A stretch of DNA of 64,000 nt from Candidatus Poribacteria bacterium (GTDB lineage: Bacteria > Poribacteria > WGA-4E > PCPOR2b), in NCBI GenBank assembly GCA_965198175.1, contig OZ240245.1, positions 864,001-928,000 of the forward strand. Reading direction: 5' to 3'. Below the pieces are notes generated by a model. It saw only the letters and a program-made list of their open reading frames with translations. It was not told the origin of the DNA and searched no databases. Below, one piece after another: positions 18,613 through 29,161 of this stretch (within the stretch, counting starts at the first letter, position 1; every line of letters begins with the position of its first letter). The position numbers were made by a program, and so were the translations under genes.

Positions 18613-20924
18613 TAAAACCGATTATCCAGACTGACAATCACATTGAACCCCGGCGCATTGATACCGGAGCCGTGCTCACGGTATCGCTTGTCCAGCAGGT
18701 TCTCAAGTGCAAGGGTGAGTCGATTAACTTCGGTCATCTGTATCCCGCCGCGCAGATTAAGCGTCACCCACCCCGGCGAACCTTGTCCAATCGCTTCACC
18801 ATCGGAATTAAATGTGACTTCACCCGTTTCACGAGTAGTCCCCGGGATACGCGGGTCTCTAATATCGCTGCGACTTAAGCGTCGCTGCTCAGTGGCGCCG
18901 CGGACGAACAATTCAGCCCAAAACCGATTTGCTGGCGGATGCCAGCGGAGCCCGAACATCCCGTTGAGTGGTGGTTCGCGGCGAATCCGTTCCTCCCACG
19001 GATTGTCGGGATTGGGCGCCGCGCCGTTTATGACTAATACCTTTCCGCGCGTGAACATCGCGTTTCCGTAAACCGACCAACTGTATTGAATGGGAACCAT
19101 TCCAGCAAACTCGATGCCTTGAATCTGCACTTCATCAACATTGTCGAACACATAGACATCAATGTCCGGATTGTTTCGCTGGATTTCCGTAATCAGGCTT
19201 GGAGGCGCCTTTCCAGCGTAAGCGTCTTCGACCGCAACACGGGAGACCAAATCGCTGATGCGACTGTGAAAAAGCGTGAGCGAACCGATAAACTCCTGAT
19301 AGCGCGCCTTAAAACCCCCTTCTGCTGTCCACCCCGTTTCCGATTCGAGGTCGGGAGAAGGGGAGTCGATGCCCTCATTTGTGACTTCGACAGCGGTCGT
19401 GTCATTCAACGAGGGTGCGCGGAACGATGTGGCGAAATTGCCAACGACGTTCAATCCGTCTGTGATTCCCGCGACGACGCCTGCACTGCCCGTCAATGCG
19501 TTCCCGGATTCGTTGAAATCGCCAAACTGATGGGAACGCACCGAGAGGTCGGCTTGCGTGTTATAGTGCGTATATCGTCCGCCGAGCGTCAGTTCGATGC
19601 GGTCATGCAATTCGATTTCATCTTGGACGTAAAGGTTTGCATCCCAGAAGCGAGAACCGTCGATAAACCGTCCTTTTGTGCTGTCTACCGTCTCAGCCCC
19701 AGTCGTGATGTCAGTTTTGACCGTTTGGCTCGACAGCGTATCGAAGTAAAATTCGCCGCCTGCGACAACACGCTGCATCGGCGGAGATGAATTGGTCGCC
19801 TGTGCGCTGAGACCAAATGTGTTGACGGTATCGAACCGCTCACGCCGTTCCGACGCATCGCGCTTGAGCTCATTTCGCCCTTCTTTTTGCCTATGAAATG
19901 AGGCGGTGAATCGCAACTGGTCAATCGCAGAGCTGGTTGGTTCGGACAGATAGGTCACATAGAGTAGGTCCCGGTGTTGGGGTTCGAAAAAGAACTCATC
20001 GAACTCGCGCGGTGCAATCTTATCGTAGCGCGGGGTTTTCGGCTGACGCCAGAGTTGGTAGGCGAGGTTGACTGCGCTGGTATCGCTGAGTTGGTATGCG
20101 AGTTTGGCGTCGCCATCGTAAGCGCTCCAATCGAGCGGAGTTTCGGAATCAATCAGCCAACGATCGGGGACATTATAGGGGGGACCTTCGGAGAGTTTCA
20201 CGCCGGATGGTCTGTCGGTAACAATCTCAAATTTGCGGTTCTTGTAGTGCAGGTCGTAGCCGTTGCCCGGATTGACGTCACCAAACCGTCGAGCGGACGC
20301 GCCGACCGAAAATCCGAGTCGATTTCGGCTTCCCATCACCTCAAGCCGTCCAAGCCGCTCTGAAGCCCCGGAAGCGAATCGACCGAAGGCGCGGGACTGG
20401 ATTTCCCATTTTTCCGTTGCATTGTCCAGAATCAAATCTTTAGTGAACATGCTGATGACTCCGCCCATTGCGCCGCTGCCGTATAGCATCGACCCGGAAC
20501 CGCGCAGTACTTCAATTCGGTCAAGGCTATCCGGGCTGATTGTACCCAAATACTGATTCGGCCCGGAGCGGAAGGTGGAATTGTTGAGTCGGACTCCATC
20601 TATCGAAAGAAAGGCTTGATAGCCGGTGAGTCCGCGCAACAGCGGAGAACCTTGTCCGGCTGTCGTTTGCTGTGCCCAGACCCCCACGGTTTCGCGTAGG
20701 ATTCGGGGCGCGATGTCGCCGTTGATACGCTCGATTTGCGCTCGGTCAATAACCGAAATCGCGTTCGGCGTTCGGAAGGTGTCTTTTGCGACGCGGGTTA
20801 TGACCGTAATTTCGTCTAACTCAATGGGATGCGCCTCCGCTTCGTCCGCCCGAGAAAAAGCTAGGTTGATACTAATCAGAAAGAAACTCAATCCTACCCA
20901 TAGCTGTTTTCGTCTAATTGTCAT
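18612..20924 (-). CDS. TonB-dependent receptor
   Basis: ELDEITVIT TonB box, GQGSPLLRG, IEVLRGSGSMLYGSGAMGGVI plug, ENLLDKRY..., C-terminal Phe. Confidence 0.92.
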   Translation of the reverse strand: MTIRRKQLWVGLSFFLISINLAFSRADEAEAHPIELDEITVITRVAKDTFRTPNAISVIDRAQIERINGDIAPRILRETVGVWAQQTTAGQGSPLLRGLTGYQAFLSIDGVRLNNSTFRSGPNQYLGTISPDSLDRIEVLRGSGSMLYGSGAMGGVISMFTKDLILDNATEKWEIQSRAFGRFASGASERLGRLEVMGSRNRLGFSVGASARRFGDVNPGNGYDLHYKNRKFEIVTDRPSGVKLSEGPPYNVPDRWLIDSETPLDWSAYDGDAKLAYQLSDTSAVNLAYQLWRQPKTPRYDKIAPREFDEFFFEPQHRDLLYVTYLSEPTSSAIDQLRFTASFHRQKEGRNELKRDASERRERFDTVNTFGLSAQATNSSPPMQRVVAGGEFYFDTLSSQTVKTDITTGAETVDSTKGRFIDGSRFWDANLYVQDEIELHDRIELTLGGRYTHYNTQADLSVRSHQFGDFNESGNALTGSAGVVAGITDGLNVVGNFATSFRAPSLNDTTAVEVTNEGIDSPSPDLESETGWTAEGGFKARYQEFIGSLTLFHSRISDLVSRVAVEDAYAGKAPPSLITEIQRNNPDIDVYVFDNVDEVQIQGIEFAGMVPIQYSWSVYGNAMFTRGKVLVINGAAPNPDNPWEERIRREPPLNGMFGLRWHPPANRFWAELFVRGATEQRRLSRSDIRDPRIPGTTRETGEVTFNSDGEAIGQGSPGWVTLNLRGGIQMTEVNRLTLALENLLDKRYREHGSGINAPGFNVIVSLDNRF

Positions 20925-21419
20925 CGGTTGCTCTCCTTACCGCACGTTTTTTAATTGCTCAATTTTGAAACCGCGTATGAATGGCAGACGCAATCCCCAT
21001 GCCAAATGGATTTAGCTCGCAAAACCCCTCTATACCCCGATTTCCTACGGTTTTTTCTTTCAGATGCTTTTCCGCTGTTCAATTTCTGGACAGTTGTGTT
21101 CACGAGATGAACACGTCGCCGAGTTATAAAATCTCCGGCGCCATCTCATTTTTTTTGGGAAACAGTTTGGGCGAAACCCTAATTCACTCCCCCCAGACCA
21201 CAGAAAAAATCTTGAATTCTTTGTTCAAACACTGTAAGATTAGCACGTAGGTTGGGTTGTATCGCACTCCCGAAACATATCGCTAGTTCCAATTGAATTA
21301 CGCGGTACGTGTCTGATTGATGCCTCCCAAACAGTGAAACCCAACACTACCCTTCACAGGAGCCAGAGATAGAGAAATCAAGCGTCAATGTCCACATTAT
21401 CGTATTTCTTAACGTCCTT

Positions 21420-22559
21420 TTGCTTCAGGTTGCCTCTGCTGATGCAATCTCGGAATCCGAGAATCAAAAAGCACAGGTATCGACTGTTCTCAGCAACGGA
21501 GCGCCAGCAGCTAAAGAGGTGCCTCAGCTAGCGAAACAGATTTGGGAGGAGTTTTTCTTTGCCGATGCACGATTCCGCCAAGAGAGCATCTTTCAAGCGG
21601 ATTCTCCGAGTCGCTATCGGTATCGTATACGATACCGTACCGGCGGGAACTTTCCAATTCATCCACACGTGAATCTCGGCTTCAGAATGGTCACGGGTGC
21701 GACGGATGACCCAACCACAGGCAATGTGGATCTGGGCGATTATTTCTCGAAGAAGGGATTCAACCTCGATCGACTCTTTTTCCGATATTCGCCCAATCCC
21801 TTGCTGACGATTACAGTGGGCAAATTTGCCAACCCGTTTGAGCATATTGAGCTGGTTTTTCACAACGACGTGCAGATTGAAGGTGCAGCCCAACAGTTCC
21901 GCATAAACAACCTAGGCTTTATTTCTCAGGTACAGGCAAATCTGGGGCAATTCATTCTGGCGGAGACGAAAAGTGAACCAGATACCAATCTTTTTGCGGG
22001 GCAACTGTTTTTCAAGGGGTTTCAACTCAAAGGGTTGTCGTTTGGTGCTACGCTCTACGAATATCGGAATGAGGACAACATCGCCCAAGCGGTTGAAGAT
22101 GGTAGGTTGGCTGGTGGGGATACCAATGCGCGGATCGGCGCAGGTACAGGGACATCAGTCTATCCATTTGGATTCAGGATTATTGAGGGGCTTGCGAAAT
22201 ACGAATTTGTAATCGAAACCATGCCGGTGTGGTTTCTCACTGCTTATGCGCAGAACCGATTGGCAAATTTGGATGATTCGGGGTATTGGTTTGAGATTGG
22301 TGTTGGTCCGTTACTTCGCTTACACAAGCTGCGTGCGCTTTACCATTATGTCTGGGTTGAACAACAATCGATGATATCGAACTATAACAATGCGGATATA
22401 TTTAATCCCAATACACACGGGCATGAACTGAAATTCGCGTTGCCGGTCGAGAAGAATATCAGCGTGGAAGTGTTATATTTCATTGCTAAGAAGATCATCC
22501 CATCCGGATTAAATCCCTATCAGCACAAGACTCGAGTACAGATTAAAGCGAAATTCTAA
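21420..22559 (+). CDS. Putative outer-membrane porin (Porin_5-like); true start may be upstream
   Basis: DARFRQE, RYRYRIRYR, GFRMVTGATDDPTTGN, C-terminal beta-signal VQIKAKF. Confidence 0.75.
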   Translation: MLQVASADAISESENQKAQVSTVLSNGAPAAKEVPQLAKQIWEEFFFADARFRQESIFQADSPSRYRYRIRYRTGGNFPIHPHVNLGFRMVTGATDDPTTGNVDLGDYFSKKGFNLDRLFFRYSPNPLLTITVGKFANPFEHIELVFHNDVQIEGAAQQFRINNLGFISQVQANLGQFILAETKSEPDTNLFAGQLFFKGFQLKGLSFGATLYEYRNEDNIAQAVEDGRLAGGDTNARIGAGTGTSVYPFGFRIIEGLAKYEFVIETMPVWFLTAYAQNRLANLDDSGYWFEIGVGPLLRLHKLRALYHYVWVEQQSMISNYNNADIFNPNTHGHELKFALPVEKNISVEVLYFIAKKIIPSGLNPYQHKTRVQIKAKF

Positions 22560-22580
22560 TCCGTCACATGGAGAATAGAC

Positions 22581-24209
22581 ATGGCATACCGTGACATCTT
22601 AGATAAAATCCGGCTCACCTTTCCTCAACCGGTATCGCACCCCATCCATGACTCGTATTTCGTGCATTCCATTATGCGCGCTTTGGATCAGGTTGACGCG
22701 CTGAAAACGCATCTGCCGATGCTCGGCGGCGTCGTAACCGGCGATTTCGAGCGTGCAAAAGCGGCGACGCTACCGGATGGAATGTCCTCGGTCGAGGATG
22801 TTACGACTAACCTCGTGAGTTACCTCCGAGGCATGACCATCTTTGGGCATCCTCGTACCCAACAGAACGTTGTTCCTCCACCGACGATTCCAAGTCTGAT
22901 TGGAGTACTCCTCGCTGCTCTGTATAATCCGAATCTGGCTTGGGACGAATACAGCCGCCTGGTTGCATTGGCTGAAGTTGAGGTGGTCGCCATGACCTCA
23001 CAATTGATTGGATATTCCCCGGAACAGTCAAGCGGTGTGTTTACCTTTGGCGGCACCGGAACGACACTCTACGGCGTGAAGCTTGGCTTGGAAAAGGCTT
23101 GCCCGGAGACGATACGTACGGGCGTGCCTGAGAACGCTGTCGTTTTTGTGTCTGATGCAGGCCACTATTGTGCAGCTAACATCGCCGGCTGGCTCGGAAT
23201 CGGAACGAACAATCTGATTACGGTTCCGACAACCGTCGAAAACGAGATCGATGTCGTGCAACTTGAGCAGCAAGCTCGGACCGCACTGGCAAACGGGAAA
23301 AAGATTGCTGCCATCATTGCGACCTTGGGCACCACCGATGCATTTGGGTTGGACGATTTAGAGGCAATTGTTGCGTTACGAGACACTCTGGTTGATGAAT
23401 TTCAACTGGATTACCGCCCCCACGTTCACGCAGATGCAGTGATTGGATGGGCGTGGTCAGTTTTTAACGACTACGATTTTGAGAAGAACGCTTTAGGGTT
23501 TCGCCCACGCACCCTCCGCGCATTGGCAGGTGCCTGCCGGCGAATCCGTCATTTATCCTTAGCGGATTCCATCGGAATTGACTTTCATAAAACAGGTTTT
23601 ACACCCTATATCTCCAGTCTCGTCCTCATCAAAAATCAGGCGGATCTGGATCTGGTGAGCCGTCGGCAGGAACAGGTGCCGTTTCTCTACCACTTTGGCG
23701 AATATCGCCCTGGCATGTATACCCTTGAAACCTCCAGAGCCGGGACGGGGGTCCTCGCTGCCCTCGCCAATTTGCGATTGTTCGGCGAACAGGGGTTGCG
23801 CGCTATTCTCGGTCACATCGTTGAAATGACACAACTCCTGCGGGAAAATCTGGAGGGGCACGAAGGCATAACTGTCTTGAACCGGGGAAATTTCGGGACC
23901 GTCACGCTCTTCCGCGCCTATCCAGATGATGTGGATACCTTCTCAATCAAGCAGGATGAATTTGAGGATGCTGCCTATCGCGATAGCTTGCTCTCTCACA
24001 ACGACTACAACCGGAAAATCTTTGAATACGTGCATTCGGAGGCGATGGAGGGGAGGGGAGTTGTCATCTCCACCACGGACTGCTATCGGCGAACCAAATA
24101 CGGCGAACCGATTGTCGCGTTAATGTCATTTATCCTATCCCCATTTGTTGATGAAGGTGATGTTGAAACTGTGGTTTCAAAGGTTCTGGAAGCTAGAAAG
24201 AAAGTCTAA
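22581..24209 (+). CDS. Group II pyridoxal-phosphate-dependent decarboxylase
   Basis: GVFTFGGT, LGTTDAFGLD, HADAVIG, DSIGIDFHK (PLP lysine). Confidence 0.88.
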   Translation: MAYRDILDKIRLTFPQPVSHPIHDSYFVHSIMRALDQVDALKTHLPMLGGVVTGDFERAKAATLPDGMSSVEDVTTNLVSYLRGMTIFGHPRTQQNVVPPPTIPSLIGVLLAALYNPNLAWDEYSRLVALAEVEVVAMTSQLIGYSPEQSSGVFTFGGTGTTLYGVKLGLEKACPETIRTGVPENAVVFVSDAGHYCAANIAGWLGIGTNNLITVPTTVENEIDVVQLEQQARTALANGKKIAAIIATLGTTDAFGLDDLEAIVALRDTLVDEFQLDYRPHVHADAVIGWAWSVFNDYDFEKNALGFRPRTLRALAGACRRIRHLSLADSIGIDFHKTGFTPYISSLVLIKNQADLDLVSRRQEQVPFLYHFGEYRPGMYTLETSRAGTGVLAALANLRLFGEQGLRAILGHIVEMTQLLRENLEGHEGITVLNRGNFGTVTLFRAYPDDVDTFSIKQDEFEDAAYRDSLLSHNDYNRKIFEYVHSEAMEGRGVVISTTDCYRRTKYGEPIVALMSFILSPFVDEGDVETVVSKVLEARKKV

Positions 24210-24443
24210 TTACCTCCAAAACCTAGACAAATGAATAAGGCGGAATGCAGTTATAGACATTATACAAACAGCCGATAATCCTTTATGCCCAGCAGCAGAT
24301 CGGGGTTGTATTAAACGCCAAAGTTGTTGAAAACGTCATACAATACGACGAAATGACCAATCGGTGGTCCTTTATGATTGTCTGAATTTGCAAGTGGTTA
24401 ATAAATCAGTTGCCGATTTGCCTAGTCGTGTAAGCAGCCTAGA

Positions 24444-25082
24444 CTTGCACGGCAACGGACTCGAAACGTTGACGTTAAGGCGGCGATGGGGACGATTCGT
24501 CAGATTATCCAAAACCTTGACGGTGCCAAGAATTTAGAAACCCTTCTCGGATACGAAGGCGCGGGAGCTTCCGCCCATTACCGAGCATTTCGGCAATTTC
24601 TGGTACACGATTGGGGGTTTACAACGCGCCAATTCCGCCCTCCACCGGATCCAATCAACGCGATGCTCTCGCTCGGCTACACACTCTTACACAACCACAT
24701 TTACGCCTTCATCAATGTCGTTGGGCTCGATCCGTACTGCGGCTATTTTCATCAACCCAGGCATGGCCATGCCGCATTAGCCTCAGATCTAATGGAGGAG
24801 TTCCGCTCAATTATTGTGAATGGATATGTACTCTCGCTTATCAACAAAAATCGTGTCCGCCCCGAGGACTTCAATCAAACTAAAAAAGGAATCCGCTTCA
24901 CCAAAGAAGCACTAGGACGGTTTCTCACCGGATACTATGGGCGGATGCAGCAGACCTTTCAACACCCAACCCGCAAGGAAAAGACAAACTACCTTCGCTG
25001 TATTGAACTTCAGGTCAGACATTTGGCGCGCGTCATAACAAGTGAAGAACCGACATACAAACCGTTTCTCATCCGTGTTTAG
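24444..25082 (+). pseudogene. cas1: cas1, 5'-truncated (C-terminal catalytic domain only)
   Basis: LLGYEGAGA, PPDPINAMLSLGY, GLDPYCGYFH, LASDLMEEFR; in-frame stop at 24423 and N-terminal beta domain missing. Confidence 0.85.
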
Positions 25083-25254
25083 AGGAGATTTACCACGTCT
25101 GTCCAAACGGAACGTATCACTTAGCAAAACCTTTTTAGACTTTGTAGGAGTGGTTGTTAAGCAGAGGTTCCCGTGGTACGGTTCCTTGATAATCTCTCGT
25201 TAATCAATAATTCGTCGTTTTATGCCCTGTCTGTGTGATTTTTGTGCAAAACAC

Positions 25255-25283
25255 TTAACATTCCTGCCGATTTGTAGTATACT
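25255..25283 (+). promoter_or_regulatory. Putative sigma-70 promoter in CRISPR leader
   Basis: TTAACA-17 bp-TATACT upstream of first repeat. Confidence 0.55.
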
Positions 25284-25519
25284 TAAACAACACCCAAACA
25301 CGGCTGATTCACCGGGTGAAAATTTGGCGCAAATTGCCCCAAAAGCTAGGCTAGGTCTGGGTTTTCGGCGTGTTTTGTTGAAAAATCGTGTTTGGATCAG
25401 TGTTGGTGGGAGGTTGTGGCGTTTTGGCATCCTATTTTTGCCGTAAAAAATTGGCGCGCAGTTCGTGTTTGGTTTTGGGGTGTGCGAAGCCACGGCCCCA
25501 CTGGATCCAAAAAGGTAGA

Positions 25520-25988
25520 GTTTGGATGGGCTTTCCCGTTTGAAGGGAATTGAAACCATTACCGCTGAACCTATCATCATCGAAAAAACAGTTTGGATGG
25601 GCTTTCCCGTTTGAAGGGAATTGAAACCCAGTCTCACCGTCAAGTTTATCAATGCTTACTTTGGTTTGGATGGGCTTTCCCGTTTGAAGGGAATTGAAAC
25701 TCAAAGTCAAAACTTTCATTTTACTCTCCTAAAGGTTTGGATGGGCTTTCCCGTTTGAAGGGAATTGAAACAATATTCAAGAGCACCTGTCAGCCCCATC
25801 TTCCGAAGCTGTTTGGATGGGCTTTCCCGTTTGAAGGGAATTGAAACCGTTTGGGCATCCCAAGTACTGTTGACGAGTCTATGTGTTTGGATGGACTTTC
25901 CCGCTTGAAGGGAATTGAAACGCAAGAGTAATTCCTGCGTACACGAGGCCAATCCATTTGTTTGGATGGACTTTCCCGCTTGAAGGGA
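25520..25988 (+). CRISPR. CRISPR array: 6 full 37-bp repeats plus 1 truncated, 6 spacers of 34-39 bp
   Basis: Repeat GTTTGGATGGGCTTTCCCGTTTGAAGGGAATTGAAAC at 25520, 25591, 25664, 25735, 25811; variant at 25885; truncated at 25960. ATTGAAAC 3' end and TTCCC/GGGAA hairpin. Confidence 0.97.
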
Positions 25989-26294
25989 TCAACTGAGCGG
26001 ATAGCGAAGGCGATAGAGATTCCAGCGTGATAGACTGATCTCCAATCATCCCGTTTGTAGGGTGGGCACGGCACGCCAGCCATTCAGGACGACAAAGTGC
26101 ACCGATTAACACAGAACTTGGGAAGTAAGAAGGTTGGAAGTGAAGACCGAGTTATAGGAGAGGCAAAATTCCATTTTTCGCAATCGTCCACTAGCCCCTG
26201 CATTTCCGCTTGAAGGGATCAACTGAGCGGATAGCGAAGGGGATAGAGTTTCCAGGGCGATAGGCAAATCTCCAATCATCGCGTTTGTAGGGTG
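25972..26294. repeat. About 90-bp imperfect direct repeat (25972-26064 and 26203-26294): partial CRISPR repeat plus MITE end
   Basis: ccgcttgaagggatcaactgagcggatagcgaagg...tccaatcatc.cgtttgtagggtg twice, 230 bp apart. Confidence 0.8.
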
Positions 26295-26785
26295 CGCAGC
26301 AGATTCGGTAGGCAGGAGGGTAGGTTGAGTTGAACGGTTAAAATTGTATCCCCATCAACGACAACAGAGGTTCTGCCCTTGGACAAAACGCCCTTACTCA
26401 ATAGATTCGAGTGAAACCGAACTCAGTCAGGCATTCTCAGCGTTTCTGTGCTACGAGCAGAGATATTCTCCGCTGGCTCGTATATTAAGAATGGTGCAAC
26501 AGAAACCGAGTTTTCCGAAATAACTGTATTAGTCTAAGAGATGGTTTACACATTGTGCTGTTACGGCGGATTCACAGGTTCTATCAATGCGGGCTTGGAA
26601 ATACAAGCTGAGGGGTATGGAGTCGCGATTTCTTTAGGCTAACCAGTTACAGAAACCGAGTTTTTCCGAAAAAACTCGGTTTCAAGGAAATGGATGCAGA
26701 TAGACGGGGACGCTCTCCGGTGGGAGTTGGAACAGTTGTTGCTAATAGCGGAATTCATTGTGCGTAGGGAATGCAAAATTCACCG

Positions 26786-28168
26786 CTAAGGTAGTTGGCA
26801 CTTAGCGATAATTTTTAGCAACAACCGTTTGTGGGCATGCCGTTTTTGGAAGTCCGCAAGATAGGTAGACCACTGATTCTGTCGGTCAAGGTGTTGATAG
26901 AGTTCCCTTAACTGAGTCAGGTATTCCCCAACTTTCTCGTAATCCTCGCGCTTTCGGGAAAGAGCCGTGTCCTCAATAAGTCTTTGATAGAGTGTGATGA
27001 CGGCATCGGTGTCGTAGGTTTTGAGAAGACTGAGCAGTTTCTCGGTGAATTGAGGCACACGCTTGACAATCGGATCTTGTAAAAGCCGCCAGTATTCGTC
27101 AGCGGAAAGTAGAAATGTTTTAAGTGCCTTCCACGCTGCATCGTCTCGTTGGAGCGCGAAGAGCGTGTGTATCAGTCGATATCCCTCGCCTTCGGATCGG
27201 GCGAGCCGGAGGTAATTTTCAATTTGCCCAGATTGAAAATACAACGCAAGCAGGAGCCGAACATGCGCCTGTCGATCTGGGCTTTCATCAAGTTGATGTT
27301 CAATCGCTACTTGTAGTCCCTCTGGTTCTTCCATCAAGCAGAGTTCTTCTAGGAAAGACACCAGCAGTGATGTGAAGGCATGCTCCGCCTCAAAACTGAG
27401 CCGCAACAGCATCTGGCAGTGTTCAAGGATTGCAACTGGCTCTGGCGCGTTTACGACGATTTGCGTGAACGCCTTTGTGCATTTATTGACGAATCGGGGC
27501 AATTCGCTTTTCTGGAGCGTGTCGGAATAGCGCGCGATAGATTGGTGTATCAGCGCGTGAAAAATTGACAGTGCGAATTCCGTTTCGCCTAGCTGCGCAA
27601 GTGACTCCGCATGCCGTCTCAAATCTTCAAGTTGGCTTAACACATCATGAAGTTGGTGTTGTTCGAGAAAGCCACCTCCAAAGACGCCGTCAATCTGTTC
27701 CCGATAAACCGTGACGAGCGGAAGCGGTCCGGAGCACGGCGGAGTGACGGGAATATCTGAGTATGTCTGAGCAATGGGAACCAGCTCCGGTGCTCGCTTA
27801 AGTAGTTCTGAAATGACTTGTAGCAGGCTTGACTTCGGTTTTGCCTCAAGCGTGGTGAGTAAGGCGTCGAGTGAGTAAATCGCGTCCGGCTCTTCAACGT
27901 AGGTCAACAGGAGTGCGACAATATGTTTACAATCTCCCTCCCAGTCGTATGGGCATGAACAGTCGGTGGCGGCAATCCCTGTCGGCATCAATTCTACAGT
28001 GACGCGATACGGGTCTATGTCTGTACCCTCACATATCGCTGACAGGGTGTAGCCGTGAAGGGTCGGATTGCCAATTGTCCCGGCGTGAAAGTATTCTAAG
28101 CCGCGCATGTAGCTCTGCTCTGTGCAGCGTTCCTGAATCCGATCTGGTGTGAGTTGGGGAGGTTGCAT
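26786..28168 (-). CDS. SWIM zinc-finger protein with helical C-terminal domain
   Basis: CSCPYDWEGDCKHIVALLL SWIM motif. Confidence 0.85.
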   Translation of the reverse strand: MQPPQLTPDRIQERCTEQSYMRGLEYFHAGTIGNPTLHGYTLSAICEGTDIDPYRVTVELMPTGIAATDCSCPYDWEGDCKHIVALLLTYVEEPDAIYSLDALLTTLEAKPKSSLLQVISELLKRAPELVPIAQTYSDIPVTPPCSGPLPLVTVYREQIDGVFGGGFLEQHQLHDVLSQLEDLRRHAESLAQLGETEFALSIFHALIHQSIARYSDTLQKSELPRFVNKCTKAFTQIVVNAPEPVAILEHCQMLLRLSFEAEHAFTSLLVSFLEELCLMEEPEGLQVAIEHQLDESPDRQAHVRLLLALYFQSGQIENYLRLARSEGEGYRLIHTLFALQRDDAAWKALKTFLLSADEYWRLLQDPIVKRVPQFTEKLLSLLKTYDTDAVITLYQRLIEDTALSRKREDYEKVGEYLTQLRELYQHLDRQNQWSTYLADFQKRHAHKRLLLKIIAKCQLP

Positions 28169-28324
28169 GGCTATTCCTAGTAGATTTTGGTGCTAGAAAG
28201 CTACACACATGTCGCCCCGCTGGGGCTAAATGAACATATCGACAAATGGTTTTCACGTTTCACGTTATCAACGGTACTTTGTAGGTCGGGCAAGATGCCC
28301 AACCTACGGGTATAAGGGTGGGTA

Positions 28325-28600
28325 TCAAACGACAATTATCTTGGGGTCCGGCGTTACATCCCCGATCGCAGGCACTTCGATACGCTCGGCGCAAGCACCG
28401 CAGAGCCTATAGTACCGAACCGAATCTTCAGAGGGGTTGATGACGCGTGCAACGGCGCGTTTCAACTCCCCGTACTGTGCCCGGCTCAGATGTGCCTCAA
28501 ACACACTGTACTGGACGCGGGTGCCGAACCCTTTGAGCGCTTTCGCCAGTTGAACCCGTCTCCGGTCGTCTGGGATATCGTAAGAGATTACATAGAACAA
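28325..28600 (-). CDS. cas2: CRISPR-associated endonuclease Cas2
   Basis: YVISYDIPDDRRR...RVQYSVFE...DSVRYYRLC; TTG start after GGAGG. Confidence 0.95.
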   Translation of the reverse strand: MFYVISYDIPDDRRRVQLAKALKGFGTRVQYSVFEAHLSRAQYGELKRAVARVINPSEDSVRYYRLCGACAERIEVPAIGDVTPDPKIIVV

Positions 28601-28863
28601 CGAATTTACCTCCAGCCGTAGGTCGGGCGTCTCGCCCGACTTGCGTTTTCGGGGCAGGCACAAGGCCCCGATAAAGCGGGATTAAGAAACCCGCCCATAC
28701 ATTGGATTGATTCCTATAGGGGCAACCCTTGTGGTTGCCCTTCGGTTAATATATTGGAGTTTTCTGATAAAGTGCTCTTTTGCAAGGCACAGGGACCGCG
28801 CACTACAGATCGTGCTATATTGCTGTGTTGAAGCAAATTACAACCCAAGACGTGGAATCAGTT

Positions 28864-29064
28864 ATGCCTGAATTAATCACTTCCCCACCATTTTTGATAG
28901 CTGTCGCCATATTCGCCATATTTCTCGTAATTGCCATTATCAAGCACGCGTTCCGTTTCTTAATCTGGATCTTCGTCATTTTTGTGATTCTCATCGGTCT
29001 CGGTATTATGAGACAATCTGACGTGCTCCAGTGGTTTGAGAATCTCCGCAATATGGTAGAGTGA
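28864..29064 (+). CDS. Small two-TM membrane protein
   Basis: Two hydrophobic segments, 66 aa. Confidence 0.6.
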   Translation: MPELITSPPFLIAVAIFAIFLVIAIIKHAFRFLIWIFVIFVILIGLGIMRQSDVLQWFENLRNMVE

Positions 29065-29161
29065 CGGGAATCGCGCCAGAGATAACTCCTATAGTAAAGC
29101 CCACAATTTTCTATACATTGGCGAGGTTAGGAACCTCGCCAGCGGTTGGGTGGGGCGCGGT

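Noticed and set aside
25557..25959. Self-targeting spacers
   Set aside because: No match to the window noticed by eye; not an exhaustive search
25200..26112. Minus-strand ORFs across the leader and array
   Set aside because: Translations of CRISPR repeats and leader
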